From an uncultured delta proteobacterium (GTDB lineage: Bacteria > Desulfobacterota > Desulfobacteria > Desulfobacterales > Desulfatirhabdiaceae), in contig CAWBKP010000024.1 of the NCBI GenBank assembly GCA_963789395.1, positions 288,001-352,000 of the forward strand: 64,000 nucleotides of DNA, given 5' to 3'. Position numbers and translations under genes: made by a program. Below the pieces are notes generated by a model that was given only the letters and a program-made list of their open reading frames with translations, made no database searches and had not been told where the DNA came from. Each line of letters opens with the position of its first letter. Positions within the stretch are counted from its first letter, which is position 1. Below, piece by piece: positions 9,600 through 20,878 of the stretch.

Positions 9600-12500
9600 T
9601 TAGCTCACCTCCCGTGAAGGGGTGGAGAGAAGAGCGGTTCCAGCGGGCTGCCGGTTTTGTTTCTTCATGAATATCCGGGATACCAGGACAAAGAACAGCG
9701 GAATAAAAATCAGATCGATGAATGTGGCGGAGAGCATCCCGCCGCAGACGGCGGTACCGATGGCGTTCATGGCGCCGGCGCCGGCGCCGGTGGCGATGGC
9801 CAGCGGCAGTACCCCGAAAAAGAACGCCAGGGAAGTCATGATGACGGGCCGGAATCGTGTTTTTACGGCGCCAAGGGTTGCATCGATAAGACTGTCACCA
9901 TGTCTCAGCCGTTCCTTGATAAACTGAATGATCAGGATGGCGTTTTTTGTCGAAAGGCCAAGGGTGGTGAGGAATCCGATCTGAAAGTAGACATCGTTTG
10001 GCATTCCCCGCAAGGAAGTGGCCAGGATCGCGCCCAATACCCCCAGCGGCAGCATCAACAGATTGACAAAAGGGATGGTCCAGCTTTCATACAGGGCGGC
10101 CACGCAAAGGAAGATGACGAAAATGGAAAAGGCGTACAGAACAGGTCCCTGAGTCGTTGCCATCCGCTCCTGATAAGACAGTCCGGTCCAGTCAAAGCCG
10201 ATCCCCTGGGGCAGCTTTGCCGCGATCTCTTCCATGGCGGTCATGGCCTCGCCGGTACTGTGACCCGGCGAGGGTTCTCCCCAGATATCGATGGAAGAAA
10301 AGGCGTTGTAACGCTCCAGCTTGGGAGAACCCTGAGCCCATCTGCTGGATGCAAAGGAAGAAAAGGGGACCATCTTGCCCGCGCTGTTGCGCACATAGAG
10401 TTTTTCCAGATCCTTAGGCAGCATGCGATAGGGGGCATCGGCCTGGGCAAAGACTTTTTTGACCCGGCCGGCCTGGATAAAGTCGTTGACATAGGCACTG
10501 CCAAAGGCCGCCGAAATGGTGTTGTGAATGGAATCGATGGAAATCCCCAGGGCGCCGGCTTTTTCCCAATCCACATCGATGTGATATTCGGCCACATCTT
10601 CCATGCCGTTGGGCCTGACCCTGACCAGTCGCTGATCCTTCATGGCCATGCCGAGGAGCTGATTGCGGGCAGCCATGAGCTTTTCGTGGCCCAGGCCGCC
10701 GCGGTCCAGCAACTGAAAATCAAATCCGATGGCCTGCCCCAGTTCGATGACCGGAGGCGGCGGAAATGCGAAAACCATGGCGCTTTTTATCCGTGAAAAC
10801 GCCTTCATAGCCCTGCCGGCGATGGCCTTGACCTTTAAATCCGGCCGCTGGCGCAGTTTCCAGTCTTTGAGCTTGGCAAATCCCAGGGCCATATTCTGCC
10901 CCTGGCCGCCGAAACTGATCCCGGCAACCGACAGGAAGGAATCCACCCCCTCTTTCTCATTTCCCAGAAAATGGTCTCTTACAGCGTTCATTACTGTTTC
11001 AGTCTGTTCCAGGGTGGAGCCCGACGGCAGCATGGCCTGTACCAGCAGGATGCCCTGGTCTTCATCCGGAATATAGGAGGTGGGCATGCGATGAAAGAGA
11101 AGTCCGGCCGCCGTTACGATCAGAAGATACATGATCAGGTACCGCGCTGTTCTTGAAAAGGACCGGCCGACGATCCCCACGTAGATGTCTCGGGTCCGGG
11201 CAAACGTCCGATCAAACCATCGAAAAAAGGGGCGCAGGAAAAAGACCGTTTTATCCGCAGCTTCATGCCCGGCCGGCATGGGTTTCAGGAATGTCGCACA
11301 AAGGACCGGGGTCAGAATCAGGGCCACGACCACCGAAAGGAGCATGGAAGCAATGATGGTCACGGAAAACTGGCGGTAAAGAACTCCGGTGGAGCCCTGA
11401 AAGAAGGCCATGGGTCCGAAGACCGCCGAGAGCACCAGACCGATGCCGATCAGGGCGCTGGTGATCTCGCCCATGGACTTGGCAGTGGCTTCCCGGGGTG
11501 GCAGCCCCTCCTCGGACATGATCCGCTCCACGTTCTCCACCACCACAATGGCGTCATCCACCAGAAGGCCGATGGCCAGCACCATGGCGAACATGGTCAG
11601 CATGTTGATGGAAAAACCGAAAAACGCAAGGACGGCAAAGGTTCCGAGCAGCACCACCGGCACGGCGATGGTGGGGATCAGCGTGGCCCGGATATTTCCC
11701 ATGAAAAGGTACATAATCACAAATACCAGAAGGACTGCTTCAAAAAGGGTCTTGGCCACTTCCTCAATGGCCACTTTGGTAAACGGGGTGGTATCGTAGG
11801 GATAAATCACCTTCATGCCGGCAGGGAAATAGCGGCTCATCTCCGCCAGTTTCTGTTTGACGTTATCGGCCGTGTCCAGGGCGTTGGCGCCGGCAGCCTG
11901 ACGGATGGCCATGGCAGCGGCGGGTTTGCCGTTGTAGTAGGCCACGACATCGGAGCGTTCGGTCCCCAGTTCCGTCCGGCCGATATCCCTGATCCGGACC
12001 ACCGAGCCATCCGGATTGGTACGGACGGGGATGGCGGCGAATTCCTCAGGGGTCTGGAGCAGATGCTGAACGATGATGGCGGCATTCAGGCGCTGACCTT
12101 CCACGGCAGGCGCACCGCCGAACTGACCGGCGGAGACCTCGACGTTGTAGGCCCTTAGCGCCAGAATCACGTCCTGCATGGTCAGGTGGTAGCTTGTCAG
12201 CTTGTCGGGGTTGACCCAGACCCGCATGCCATACTGGGTGCCGAAATTCTCCACTTCTCCGACCCCCCGTACCCGGGACAGGATCTTTTCCAGATTCGAC
12301 TGGGCGTAGTCCCGCAGGTCGTCGCCGCTCATGCTGCCGTCTTCCGAAATCAGGCCGACGATAATCAGGTAGTTCCGGGTGGATTTGCTGACTTTGACGC
12401 CGGAGCGCTGCACCACATCGGGAAGACTGGCCATGGCAAGCTGCAGCTTGTTCTGTACCTTAGACCAGGCGATATCCGGATTCGTTCCCGGGGCAAATGT

Positions 12501-12779
12501 CATCTCGACGCGGGACGCCCCGGACGAAGAACTGGTGCCGGAGAGATAGAGCATATCGTCCAGACCCGTCATCTTCTGCTCGATGATCTGGGTTACTGTG
12601 TTTTCCACGGTCTCTGCCGAGGCCCCGGGGAAAAACGCATCAATGGCGATGGCCGGCGGGGCGATGGGGGGATACTGAGCGATGGGCATTTTGTAGATGG
12701 CAAGCCCGCCCGCCGTCATGATGATGATGGCAATCACCCAGGCAAAAACCGGGCGGGCAAGAAAGAATCTGGAGAGCAT
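9600..12779 (-). CDS. HAE1 RND efflux permease (AcrB/MexB family)
   Basis: 1059 aa; RPVFAWVIAI, AIGLLVDDAIVVVENVER, KNAILI, RPVIMTS. Confidence 0.95.
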   Translation of the reverse strand: MLSRFFLARPVFAWVIAIIIMTAGGLAIYKMPIAQYPPIAPPAIAIDAFFPGASAETVENTVTQIIEQKMTGLDDMLYLSGTSSSSGASRVEMTFAPGTNPDIAWSKVQNKLQLAMASLPDVVQRSGVKVSKSTRNYLIIVGLISEDGSMSGDDLRDYAQSNLEKILSRVRGVGEVENFGTQYGMRVWVNPDKLTSYHLTMQDVILALRAYNVEVSAGQFGGAPAVEGQRLNAAIIVQHLLQTPEEFAAIPVRTNPDGSVVRIRDIGRTELGTERSDVVAYYNGKPAAAMAIRQAAGANALDTADNVKQKLAEMSRYFPAGMKVIYPYDTTPFTKVAIEEVAKTLFEAVLLVFVIMYLFMGNIRATLIPTIAVPVVLLGTFAVLAFFGFSINMLTMFAMVLAIGLLVDDAIVVVENVERIMSEEGLPPREATAKSMGEITSALIGIGLVLSAVFGPMAFFQGSTGVLYRQFSVTIIASMLLSVVVALILTPVLCATFLKPMPAGHEAADKTVFFLRPFFRWFDRTFARTRDIYVGIVGRSFSRTARYLIMYLLIVTAAGLLFHRMPTSYIPDEDQGILLVQAMLPSGSTLEQTETVMNAVRDHFLGNEKEGVDSFLSVAGISFGGQGQNMALGFAKLKDWKLRQRPDLKVKAIAGRAMKAFSRIKSAMVFAFPPPPVIELGQAIGFDFQLLDRGGLGHEKLMAARNQLLGMAMKDQRLVRVRPNGMEDVAEYHIDVDWEKAGALGISIDSIHNTISAAFGSAYVNDFIQAGRVKKVFAQADAPYRMLPKDLEKLYVRNSAGKMVPFSSFASSRWAQGSPKLERYNAFSSIDIWGEPSPGHSTGEAMTAMEEIAAKLPQGIGFDWTGLSYQERMATTQGPVLYAFSIFVIFLCVAALYESWTIPFVNLLMLPLGVLGAILATSLRGMPNDVYFQIGFLTTLGLSTKNAILIIQFIKERLRHGDSLIDATLGAVKTRFRPVIMTSLAFFFGVLPLAIATGAGAGAMNAIGTAVCGGMLSATFIDLIFIPLFFVLVSRIFMKKQNRQPAGTALLSTPSREVS

Positions 12780-14038
12780 CAGACGCCTCCCTTGCTTCGT
12801 TTTTGAGACGGGGCGTCCGGACCGGCCGATGGCCCATTGTCGGCTTGCTTCTCTTTATAAGGGGAAGACTTCACGATCGTACCGGGCCGCAACATCATCA
12901 GCCCCTCAACGATCAGCGGGTCCCCGGGAGAAAGACCGGCAGAAACCAGCCATTTGTCGCCGATGGCCCGATCGAGGGTGAGCGGGCGGAAAGCGGCTTT
13001 GCTTTCTGCATCCACGATCAGCGCAAAGGGATTGCCCTTGGAATCGCGGGAAACCCCCTGTTGCGGAATAAGTATCGCCTGCTCATTGACGCCTTCAGCG
13101 ATCACCGCCTGAACGAACATGCCCGGCAGAAGAATGCCTTCCGGATTGGGGAAAACAGCCCGTAGAATAACGGATCCGGTGCTCGGGTCCACGGTGACAT
13201 CGCTGAATTGCAAGGTGCCTTCCGGGGAATAGAGAGTGCCGTCTTCCTGTATGAGCTTGACCTTATCCGAATCTGAACCATTCTTCTTGAGACGACCGTC
13301 CTTCAGGCGGCGTTTTAAGCGCAGCAGATCTGTGGTGGATTGGGGCACATCCACGTAAATAGGGTCTAGTTGCTGGATGGAGGCCAGGGCGACGGGTTGA
13401 TACGCCGTTACGATGGCGCCGTCCGTGACTGTGGAGATACCGATGCGTCCTGAAATCGGCGCCTTGACCGCCGTGTATCCCAGGTTGATCTGGGCCGTAG
13501 CAACGGTCGCCTTCCAGTAAGCCACATCGGCTTCGGCCTGTTTCAAGGCCGCGGAGGCATCATCGTAATCCTGCCGGCTGACCGAGTTGTCTGACAAGAG
13601 ATCACGATAGCGTTCCGCCCGCAACCGAACTGCGGGCACATTGGCCTCGGCCCGGCCAAGAGCTGCCTTGGCATTATCCAAAGCCGATTGAAAGGGAGCC
13701 GGATCGATTTGATAGAGTACCTGATTGGCCTTGACGTCCTTGCCTTCCGTAAACAGGCGTTTCAATATGAGGCCATTGACCTGAGGGCGTATTTCCGCAA
13801 TTCGGTAAGCGGAGGTGCGACCGGGCAGTTCCGCTGTCAGCGTTATTTTCTGTGTCGTTACCGGTATCACGGACACTTCCGGAACAGGGGCAGGCGCTTG
13901 AACCGGTTTGCGGTCACAACCGGTCAGTCCATAGCAAACCAGTAATACAAACAAAATCACCCATCCTGCCGGTGAGTTGCTAACGATGTTGCAAAAACGC
14001 ATCAACAATTCCTCCACTTGGTTACAGTCATAAGCCAC
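12779..14038 (-). CDS. RND periplasmic adaptor (AcrA/MexA family); start may be at 14002
   Basis: Lipobox LTGC, ELPGRTSAYRIAEIRPQV, APISGRIG, VDPSTGS. Confidence 0.93.
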   Translation of the reverse strand: MAYDCNQVEELLMRFCNIVSNSPAGWVILFVLLVCYGLTGCDRKPVQAPAPVPEVSVIPVTTQKITLTAELPGRTSAYRIAEIRPQVNGLILKRLFTEGKDVKANQVLYQIDPAPFQSALDNAKAALGRAEANVPAVRLRAERYRDLLSDNSVSRQDYDDASAALKQAEADVAYWKATVATAQINLGYTAVKAPISGRIGISTVTDGAIVTAYQPVALASIQQLDPIYVDVPQSTTDLLRLKRRLKDGRLKKNGSDSDKVKLIQEDGTLYSPEGTLQFSDVTVDPSTGSVILRAVFPNPEGILLPGMFVQAVIAEGVNEQAILIPQQGVSRDSKGNPFALIVDAESKAAFRPLTLDRAIGDKWLVSAGLSPGDPLIVEGLMMLRPGTIVKSSPYKEKQADNGPSAGPDAPSQKRSKGGV

Positions 14039-14068
14039 TTGGTTTATGGTTTTCTCAAACAGGCAGCC

Positions 14069-14686
14069 TTATACCAACCCTTTAAAAAGTATGTTTAAAA
14101 TAGAATCCGGATCTTCCGGATACGAGTGAATTTCGGGATTTTCGAGCCAGAGAAACAGAAAGGCATTGCACAGGCTGTCGAGAGCGACGGAAAGAATGTA
14201 GGGTTCGGCGATGGGATGGAACCGCCCGGCGCGAATTCCGGATTCAAAGATTTCTGAAATGCATTCCAGAAAGCGTTCCCGGCGTTCGCGTATATCCTGG
14301 TCCAGCCCGGCCAGGATATTGAAACTGGCCCCGCGTGTTTCGGCGAAATAGAGACGGATGGTGGCGACTTTATCCTGAAACACCTCTCCTTTTGCCTGAA
14401 CATACCGGCGCAGTTTATCAATTTCATCGCCGGGGGAGGCGATGGCTTGCGAGAGCACCTTGTGAAACTGGTCGGAGAGTTCCAGAATCAAGGCTTTATA
14501 TAGATCTTCCTTGTTGCTGAAGAATTTATACAGCGTTCCAATGGCGAATTCGGCTTTTGCTGCAATTTCGTGCATGGATACGTTGTGGTACCCTTTTTCT
14601 GAAAACAGTTCCAGCGCAGCTGCCAGCATGTCCTCTCGCTGCGAGATCTTCTGACGTTCGCGACGGGAAATTGTTTTGGTTTCCAT
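14069..14686 (-). CDS. TetR/AcrR-family regulator
   Basis: AALELFSEKGYHNVSMHEIA...GTLYKFF HTH; first gene of the efflux operon. Confidence 0.92.
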   Translation of the reverse strand: METKTISRRERQKISQREDMLAAALELFSEKGYHNVSMHEIAAKAEFAIGTLYKFFSNKEDLYKALILELSDQFHKVLSQAIASPGDEIDKLRRYVQAKGEVFQDKVATIRLYFAETRGASFNILAGLDQDIRERRERFLECISEIFESGIRAGRFHPIAEPYILSVALDSLCNAFLFLWLENPEIHSYPEDPDSILNILFKGLV

Positions 14687-14793
14687 CGATATTCCTTGGT
14701 TAATTCATACTGATTGGCGTGCCAATAAAACAATCCTGAATGATTTTAACAACTGGATAAATTCCATTGAACAGTTTTTTTCACGACAAGAAT

Positions 14794-14836
14794 AAATATG
14801 ACGTCATAATATGAAATATGACGTCATATTTGTCAA
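14794..14836 (-). promoter_or_regulatory. Sigma70-like promoter overlapped by two tandem palindromic operators
   Basis: TATGACGTCATA at 14797-14808 and 14817-14828; minus-strand TTGACA (14836-14831), 17 nt, CATATT. Confidence 0.7.
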
Positions 14837-14876
14837 TAGAAAGTTTCTATTTGAAACGTGCTGAAAAAACTGAATA

Positions 14877-15581
14877 TCAAACCATTTCCCGCTTGAGCTG
14901 TCTGGGTCTGTAAGGAAATGAGCGGGAGGAGAGGGGGATTTCAAACGGGTGAAGCGGAAAAAAGCCTGACAGGATTTTTTTGAACCCGACTGCGAATCGG
15001 GAATCCTTTCTGCGTAAAAACGGCTGATCTGCCTGGCAGATCAGTTCCGGCCTTTCCGCCAGAATCAAGCGGGCCGCATGTTCCGCGGCCCAGCCGCCGC
15101 GATCGCAGCAGGCCTCAAAAAGACGGGTGGTTTCCGAAGAGCCGTTTTTGATCAGAATCCGGCAACAGGTGGAACCGAAGCGGAGCTTGAAAGCGTGATG
15201 CAGACTCCGTGAGGCGGACATGGCCTTTTGGCGGTCAATCTGTTTTAAATTGCTTTGGGACAGAAAAAGTCCAAGCGAAATGACGCCTCCAGTCAGTGCC
15301 CCGCAGGTGCATCCCGAGCCGCCGATGCCTTCAGCAAGTCCGGATGCCACTTTCATGGCAAGGTCCGGCGGCATCCCGCCGCCAAGTCCCTGGTTCAGGG
15401 CAGAAAGCACGGCTTCGGAGCACATCATCCGTCTGCTGGACATCAAATTAAATGCCCGCTGACGGATGATCGCAGACAGTTCATCGGTCGCTGCTTCGCG
15501 GTGATCCGCATCTCTGTTCATTTTGTGCATGTTATTTTTTATTGAGTTACAAAAGCTGCAAGTATCAGCAAGGGCAGTCAT
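14877..15581 (-). CDS. C-GCAxxG-C-C family putative redox protein
   Basis: CSEAV, GCTCGALTGG, FGSTCCRIL, ACC. Confidence 0.85.
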   Translation of the reverse strand: MTALADTCSFCNSIKNNMHKMNRDADHREAATDELSAIIRQRAFNLMSSRRMMCSEAVLSALNQGLGGGMPPDLAMKVASGLAEGIGGSGCTCGALTGGVISLGLFLSQSNLKQIDRQKAMSASRSLHHAFKLRFGSTCCRILIKNGSSETTRLFEACCDRGGWAAEHAARLILAERPELICQADQPFLRRKDSRFAVGFKKILSGFFPLHPFEIPLSSRSFPYRPRQLKREMV

Positions 15582-15619
15582 GGCAATCCTGATACCTGCT
15601 GTCCAACGTGTGCGTGTGC

Positions 15620-16147
15620 CTATTCGGCGCCCTGTACCGGATATTTGGCGCCTTTCCAGGCAAAAATGCCCCCTGGATAGCGCAGCACGTTTTTGTATCC
15701 GAGTTTCTTGGCCCAGACCGCGCCGTTATGGCTGCGGGTGCATTTGACAAAACCGCAGTATATCACAATTGTTTTTTCGGTGTCAGGTCCAAGCAAGGCC
15801 TTGAAATCCTCAATGGTTTTGCCATCGGTTTCCTTGATTTCCCAGGTGATCATCTCCGGAATCGGAAACAGGAATTGTTTTGCCCCGGGTACGTGTTCTT
15901 TTTTGTAGCTGTCTGCAAAGGGCATGGTATCGATGATGAGAATATCCTTTCCTTCATCGATCATTTTCTTCAATTCCCCGGTGGCCACCACATCGTAACC
16001 GCCGCGCTGGACTTCCCGCACCAGTTTGACCGCGCCCTGTTCTTTTTCCAGCTCTTCCTCGAATTTGTCTTTGCCAAAGGCATGGGCGAATGTGGCCAGT
16101 CCCAGAATCAATACTGCGGTCAGTAAATGTCCAAATAATTTTTTCAT
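15620..16147 (-). CDS. Exported rhodanese-like protein
   Basis: Signal peptide ending AHA; HVPGA, IYCGFVKCTRSH, YPGGIFAW. Confidence 0.88.
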   Translation of the reverse strand: MKKLFGHLLTAVLILGLATFAHAFGKDKFEEELEKEQGAVKLVREVQRGGYDVVATGELKKMIDEGKDILIIDTMPFADSYKKEHVPGAKQFLFPIPEMITWEIKETDGKTIEDFKALLGPDTEKTIVIYCGFVKCTRSHNGAVWAKKLGYKNVLRYPGGIFAWKGAKYPVQGAE

Positions 16148-16168
16148 TCGAATTTCATCTCCTTTTTG

Positions 16169-16629
16169 TTAAGTGAATCGGGTGAATATTGCTCTGAATC
16201 GATCCGGCCGAATGGATCGGTAATAACGCCATGCATACAGATACAGAACGCCGGCTATCATCGCAAAATCTCTGTAAAGCGCTGGGCGTAGACCATGAAA
16301 TGCTTTGGATTCGGCGTCCTCGGGGCCAAAGCAGCCGCAGTCGATATCCAAGCCCATGTGGATGCCGTAGAACAGAATGGCAACGAAGAGGATCAACATG
16401 CCGACAGTGATTGCAAGGCTTCCGTAGATATCCAGAATCAGGCCCGCTCCGGCAATGACTTCAAGAGATGAAAGCAGTACGGCCGCCGGCATCACCCATG
16501 GTACTGGGGATCAGGCCATACGCATCGATCAGGACACCGAACGTAACCGGATCCAGAAGTTTGGTGATTCCGGACCAGATAAATACAGCGGCAAGGAAGC
16601 ATCTCACCTGCGATACAGCAGCATTTCAT
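16169..16629 (-). CDS. MauE/DoxX-family membrane protein (frameshifted near 16500 and about 16610; start approximate)
   Basis: IDCGCFG motif in ORF 16169..16495; an upstream frame reads FLAAVFIWSGITKLLDPVTFGVLIDAYGLIP. Confidence 0.8.
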
Positions 16630-16898
16630 TTCCCCGAAGATTTTCAGCCTTCCGCCACGGTTCCTTTGTCCGATAACCAGGGAACTGTAAAATTGTCTTG
16701 ATAATCTGATGGTATGGGATATAAATAACAGGTGCCGGGGAATCGCCCGTGTATTTCGAATAAAGTCGTTCATGGCTGTCATTTATTAAAGATAATTGAA
16801 TATGTCAAATTCATAAAAGTTATCGTATTATTTCATTTTATCACTTTTTGTTATAAGTGCGTCAGAGGATGTACCTACGTTAAATCAGGAGATAAAAA

Positions 16899-17543
16899 AT
16901 GAAAGCTATAAAAATTGCTGTTGTCCTGTTGTTGTTATTTACATGGGGTTGTGCTGCCATGAACGGTTCAGATCAGCGGAATTCCCGCAGAAGCGCCGAC
17001 TCGCCCGAAAACGTCCTGAAGCCCGTGGATTATTCGCAATTCGGCAGACCGCCGATTCCGGTTAATATCCTGCTGCTGATTCCGTCCGAGTTCGAGCGTT
17101 TTGCGCATATCAGCAATTACGAAGGAAGCCGCATCCGTCACAGTCTCGGCCGGGATGCAGAGCAGGAATTGAGAAATGCCTTCGGGATCGAATTCGCCAA
17201 AGTCGAGGTATGGCCGGTGCAAAGCGAGGAAGTAGCAAAACAAATGCTTTGGCCCGAGAATCCGGAAAACGCCCAGGTGCGGGCTTACGATTATGTGGCG
17301 ATACCTAAATTCCTGCGCGTCGATTCCCTGGAAAGCAACGAAAAATATGGATTTGAAATCGATATGCAGGTGGAATTTACCGCAAAAAACGGCGCAAGCA
17401 TCACCATCAAAGGACATGGGGAATGCCTGATCGGCAAATACGCACAATTCACGCCTGAAAAAGGCGCTGTTCTGACGATGCAGTATGCGGTGGCAGCTCT
17501 ACTGGACGGCATTGAAAAAAGACGGATCCTTTTTATGCGCTGA
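16899..17543 (+). CDS. Hypothetical lipoprotein
   Basis: AGGAG RBS; signal peptide ending TWGC. Confidence 0.65.
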   Translation: MKAIKIAVVLLLLFTWGCAAMNGSDQRNSRRSADSPENVLKPVDYSQFGRPPIPVNILLLIPSEFERFAHISNYEGSRIRHSLGRDAEQELRNAFGIEFAKVEVWPVQSEEVAKQMLWPENPENAQVRAYDYVAIPKFLRVDSLESNEKYGFEIDMQVEFTAKNGASITIKGHGECLIGKYAQFTPEKGAVLTMQYAVAALLDGIEKRRILFMR

Positions 17544-17571
17544 TGGATGCGCGGGTATTTTGGAGGTGTTT

Positions 17572-20068
17572 ATGTCGGATATTCGTCCCATCCATTACAA
17601 GCTATCCCTGGAGCCGGATCTGGAGCGATTCCAGTTTGCCGGAACCGCGGAGATTACGCTGGAAACCGGGTCGGCCATCGAAGAAATCGTGCTGAATGCC
17701 CTTGATTTGAACGTTATGACATGCCGGGTCAGGCGGGCGGAAGCGCTGGCGCCTTGTTCGCTGTCACTGGATTTAAAAAAAGAGGAGCTGAAAATTCGCC
17801 TTCCCGAAGCCATTCGCGGGCGATTCGTTCTGGTTGTCAACTATCAGGGACAGATCAACGACAGCATGGCAGGATTCTACCGCAGCAGCTATTTGCAGGG
17901 GGGCAGCCGCAGGTTCATCGCCGTCACCCAGTTCCAGGAAAGCGATGCGCGGCGGGCATTCCCGTGCCTGGATCATCCGTCGCAAAAAGCCACTTTCGAC
18001 ATTGAAATCATTGTGGATGCCGGGCTGACGGGTGTTTCCAATGCCGCCGTCAAAGCGGTTCAGGCCATGGATGGGGGACGGCGGCGCTTTGTGTTCGAAA
18101 CCACTCCGAAAATGTCCACGTACCTGGTATTCTGGGGCATGGGTGATTTTATGCGGGTCCAGAAAGCCGGTGAAACGCGGGTGAATGTCCTGACCCTTCC
18201 GGGGATGGAGTCTTATGCCGGATTCGGTCTCGATTTTGGATGCAATGCGCTGGAATTCTGCGAAAAATATTTCGGCATAGGCTATCCGTTATCCAAGATG
18301 GATTTGATCGCCATTCCGGACTTTGCTTTCGGCGCCATGGAGAACTGGGGAGCCATCACGTTTCGGGAGAACCTGCTGCTGCGGTATCCGGGCATTACAT
18401 CCAAATCCGGGGAGGGAAGAATCTGCGAGATCATCGCACACGAAATCGTGCACCAGTGGTTCGGCAATCTGGTTACCCCTTCGGACTGGAAATATCTGTG
18501 GCTGAATGAAAGCTTCGCCACGTATTTTGGTTATGGCATCGTGGATCATTATCATCCGGACTGGGGCGTCTGGGACCAGTTTCTGTATGGCCAGACCGCG
18601 GCGGCCATGTCTCGGGATGCCCTGATTGAAAATTTCCCCATCGAAATCCCCGGTGGAGAGCATGTCGTCATCAACTCCAGCACCGCGCCGATCATTTACA
18701 GCAAGGGCGGCAGTATCCTCCGGCAGATTCACGGATATATCGGGGAGGATCATTTCCAGGCCGGCCTGCAGCGGTATTTGAAAACGCATGCCTATGCGTG
18801 CGCCGCAAGCGATGATCTCTGGCAGGCACTTGAAGCGGCCTCGGCGCTTCCGGTCACCCGGATCATGAAAAGCTGGATCGAGCAGCCCGGCTTTCCGCTG
18901 CTGGAGGCCCGCCGTGACGGCCGAAAACTGACGATCGCCCAACACCGATTCACGTATCTTCCGTGTGACGCCGTCCAGACCTGGATCGTACCGGTGACGG
19001 TTTCAGTATTTTCGCAGGCCGGCGCCACAACCCGCATGACTATGATTCTGGATCAATCGCTTCAGTCGCTCGATCTGCCGGAAGATACGGCAGCTTACAA
19101 AATCAATGCCGGTCAGACCGGCTGTTACCGGGTCAAATATCAGGATACTGAGAATCTGGAAGCGCTTGGGACAGCCATCCGGAACAAAACCCTTTCCCCG
19201 GAAGACCGCTGGGGACTGCACGCGGATCTATTTGCTCTGCTGATCCGCGGGGATGTGGACTCTGGAAACTTATCTGGACTTTCTGCGCCATTACACTGAC
19301 GAAGATGCATTCCTGCCGCTTATCGGCATCGCCGATGCGCTAAACCATCTCTGGCTGGTGCTGGAAGATGGTCGCCGGAAGGTTTCAGATGCGGCAATAC
19401 CGCTGCTTGAGTTCATTCTGGAGCGTATCGGGTACGAGGCCTGCGCCGACGAAGCCCATACCCGCGCGATGCTGCGCGACCAGGTTCTATGGCAGGCGGC
19501 CATGATCGGCTCTAAAGCTGCGGCCGATTTCGGCCGTTCTCAGTTTGCCCTGCTGAAAGCGGGCAGCGCCGTCAGTCCGGATATCTTAAAAAACGCCATG
19601 CAGATCGGCGCGCTGACAGAAGGCCAGGATGCCTTTGACTGGCTGGATAAGCGATTCCGTGAATCCGCCAGTGAGCAGGAGCGTGTCAACGTTCTGATCG
19701 CCCTTGGCGGTTTTTCTGACAAGGCGGTCATTGCCAGAGCCCTGGACTATGTCATCGATCATGTGCCGGCCCGAAATCAGTTTATTCCGATTGTTTCCAT
19801 GTCGACCAATCCGGCGGCGATTCCCCTGCTGTGGGACTGGTACACGGCCAATCTGCCGAAAATCGAAACTTTTCATCCGCTCCTGCATGAAAGACTCATC
19901 ATCGCGATCGTTCCCTCGGCCGGGCTTTACCGTCCGGAGGAGATTCGAGGATATTTCACAGATTATCTGAACCGATCGGATAAAGCCAGGGACGCGATCA
20001 AACTGTCCCTTGAAAAACTGGAAATCAATATTCAGATCCGAAAGCGTTTAGGGAAAACAGTTAATTGA
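17572..20068 (+). CDS. M1-family aminopeptidase with ERAP1-like C-terminal domain (frameshift near 19260)
   Basis: TQFQESDARRAFPC, GAMENWG, HEIVHQWFGNLVT..WLNES; C-terminal helical domain in ORF 19253..20068. Confidence 0.92.
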
Positions 20069-20093
20069 ATTTGCAAGACACTGGAAAAACGAT

Positions 20094-20873
20094 GTGATGA
20101 AGATCCTGGTCTGCGTCAAACAGATACCCGATCCCGATGCACCGGTCCGCATCACCTCCGATGGCCGATGGATCGAAACGGATGGCGATGCATTTGTAAT
20201 GAACCGTTTTGACGGTTTTGCCCTGGAAGAGGCGCTCCAAATCCGTGAAGAAATTCCGGATACCCGTATCGATGTGGTGTCAGTGGGACCGGAAAGGGCG
20301 GAGGCGGTTCTCCGAAGATCACTGGGTATGGGCGCGGATCACGGCATCCACATTCTTAGCGAAATCGATGGCTACCTCAGCCCGTTTGCAACCGCCACCT
20401 GGATTGCCGAGTATGCCCGGTACCGCCATTATGACCTGATTCTGACCGGCATCATGTCCGGTGATGACATGAACGGGCTGGTCGGGCCTCTGGTGGCAGA
20501 AATGCTTCAACTGCCGTGTGCCACCTCGGTTATTTTCAGGCGGATGATGCTTCATACGAGCCGAATTTACGTTGAACGCGAGATGGAAGGGGGGCTTCGT
20601 GATGCTCTGGAAATCAATCTCCCGGCACTGCTGACACTGCAAAGCGGAATCAACCGGCCGCGCTATCCGACCCTTTCAAAAATGCTGCGGGCCAACAAAC
20701 ATTCCCTGGACGTGATTCCATCTGGATCTCTTGTGTCGCCATCCATTCATCTTTCCGTCATGCAGACCACGTTACCGCAAAAAACACGCACGGGCCGGAT
20801 TCTTGAAGGAACGCCCCGGGAAAAAGCCGACCTGCTTCTGGATATTCTTCAAAATCGTTTAATGCCCGGATAG
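20094..20873 (+). CDS. etfB: Electron transfer flavoprotein beta subunit
   Basis: ILVCVKQIPD, ALEEAL, MGAD, NRPRYPT. Confidence 0.92.
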   Translation: MMKILVCVKQIPDPDAPVRITSDGRWIETDGDAFVMNRFDGFALEEALQIREEIPDTRIDVVSVGPERAEAVLRRSLGMGADHGIHILSEIDGYLSPFATATWIAEYARYRHYDLILTGIMSGDDMNGLVGPLVAEMLQLPCATSVIFRRMMLHTSRIYVEREMEGGLRDALEINLPALLTLQSGINRPRYPTLSKMLRANKHSLDVIPSGSLVSPSIHLSVMQTTLPQKTRTGRILEGTPREKADLLLDILQNRLMPG

Positions 20874-20878
20874 GAGAG

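Noticed and set aside
9657..12806. Long plus-strand ORFs (379, 297 and 206 aa) opposite the RND permease
   Set aside because: Typical antisense open frames of a GC-rich gene; no recognisable motifs
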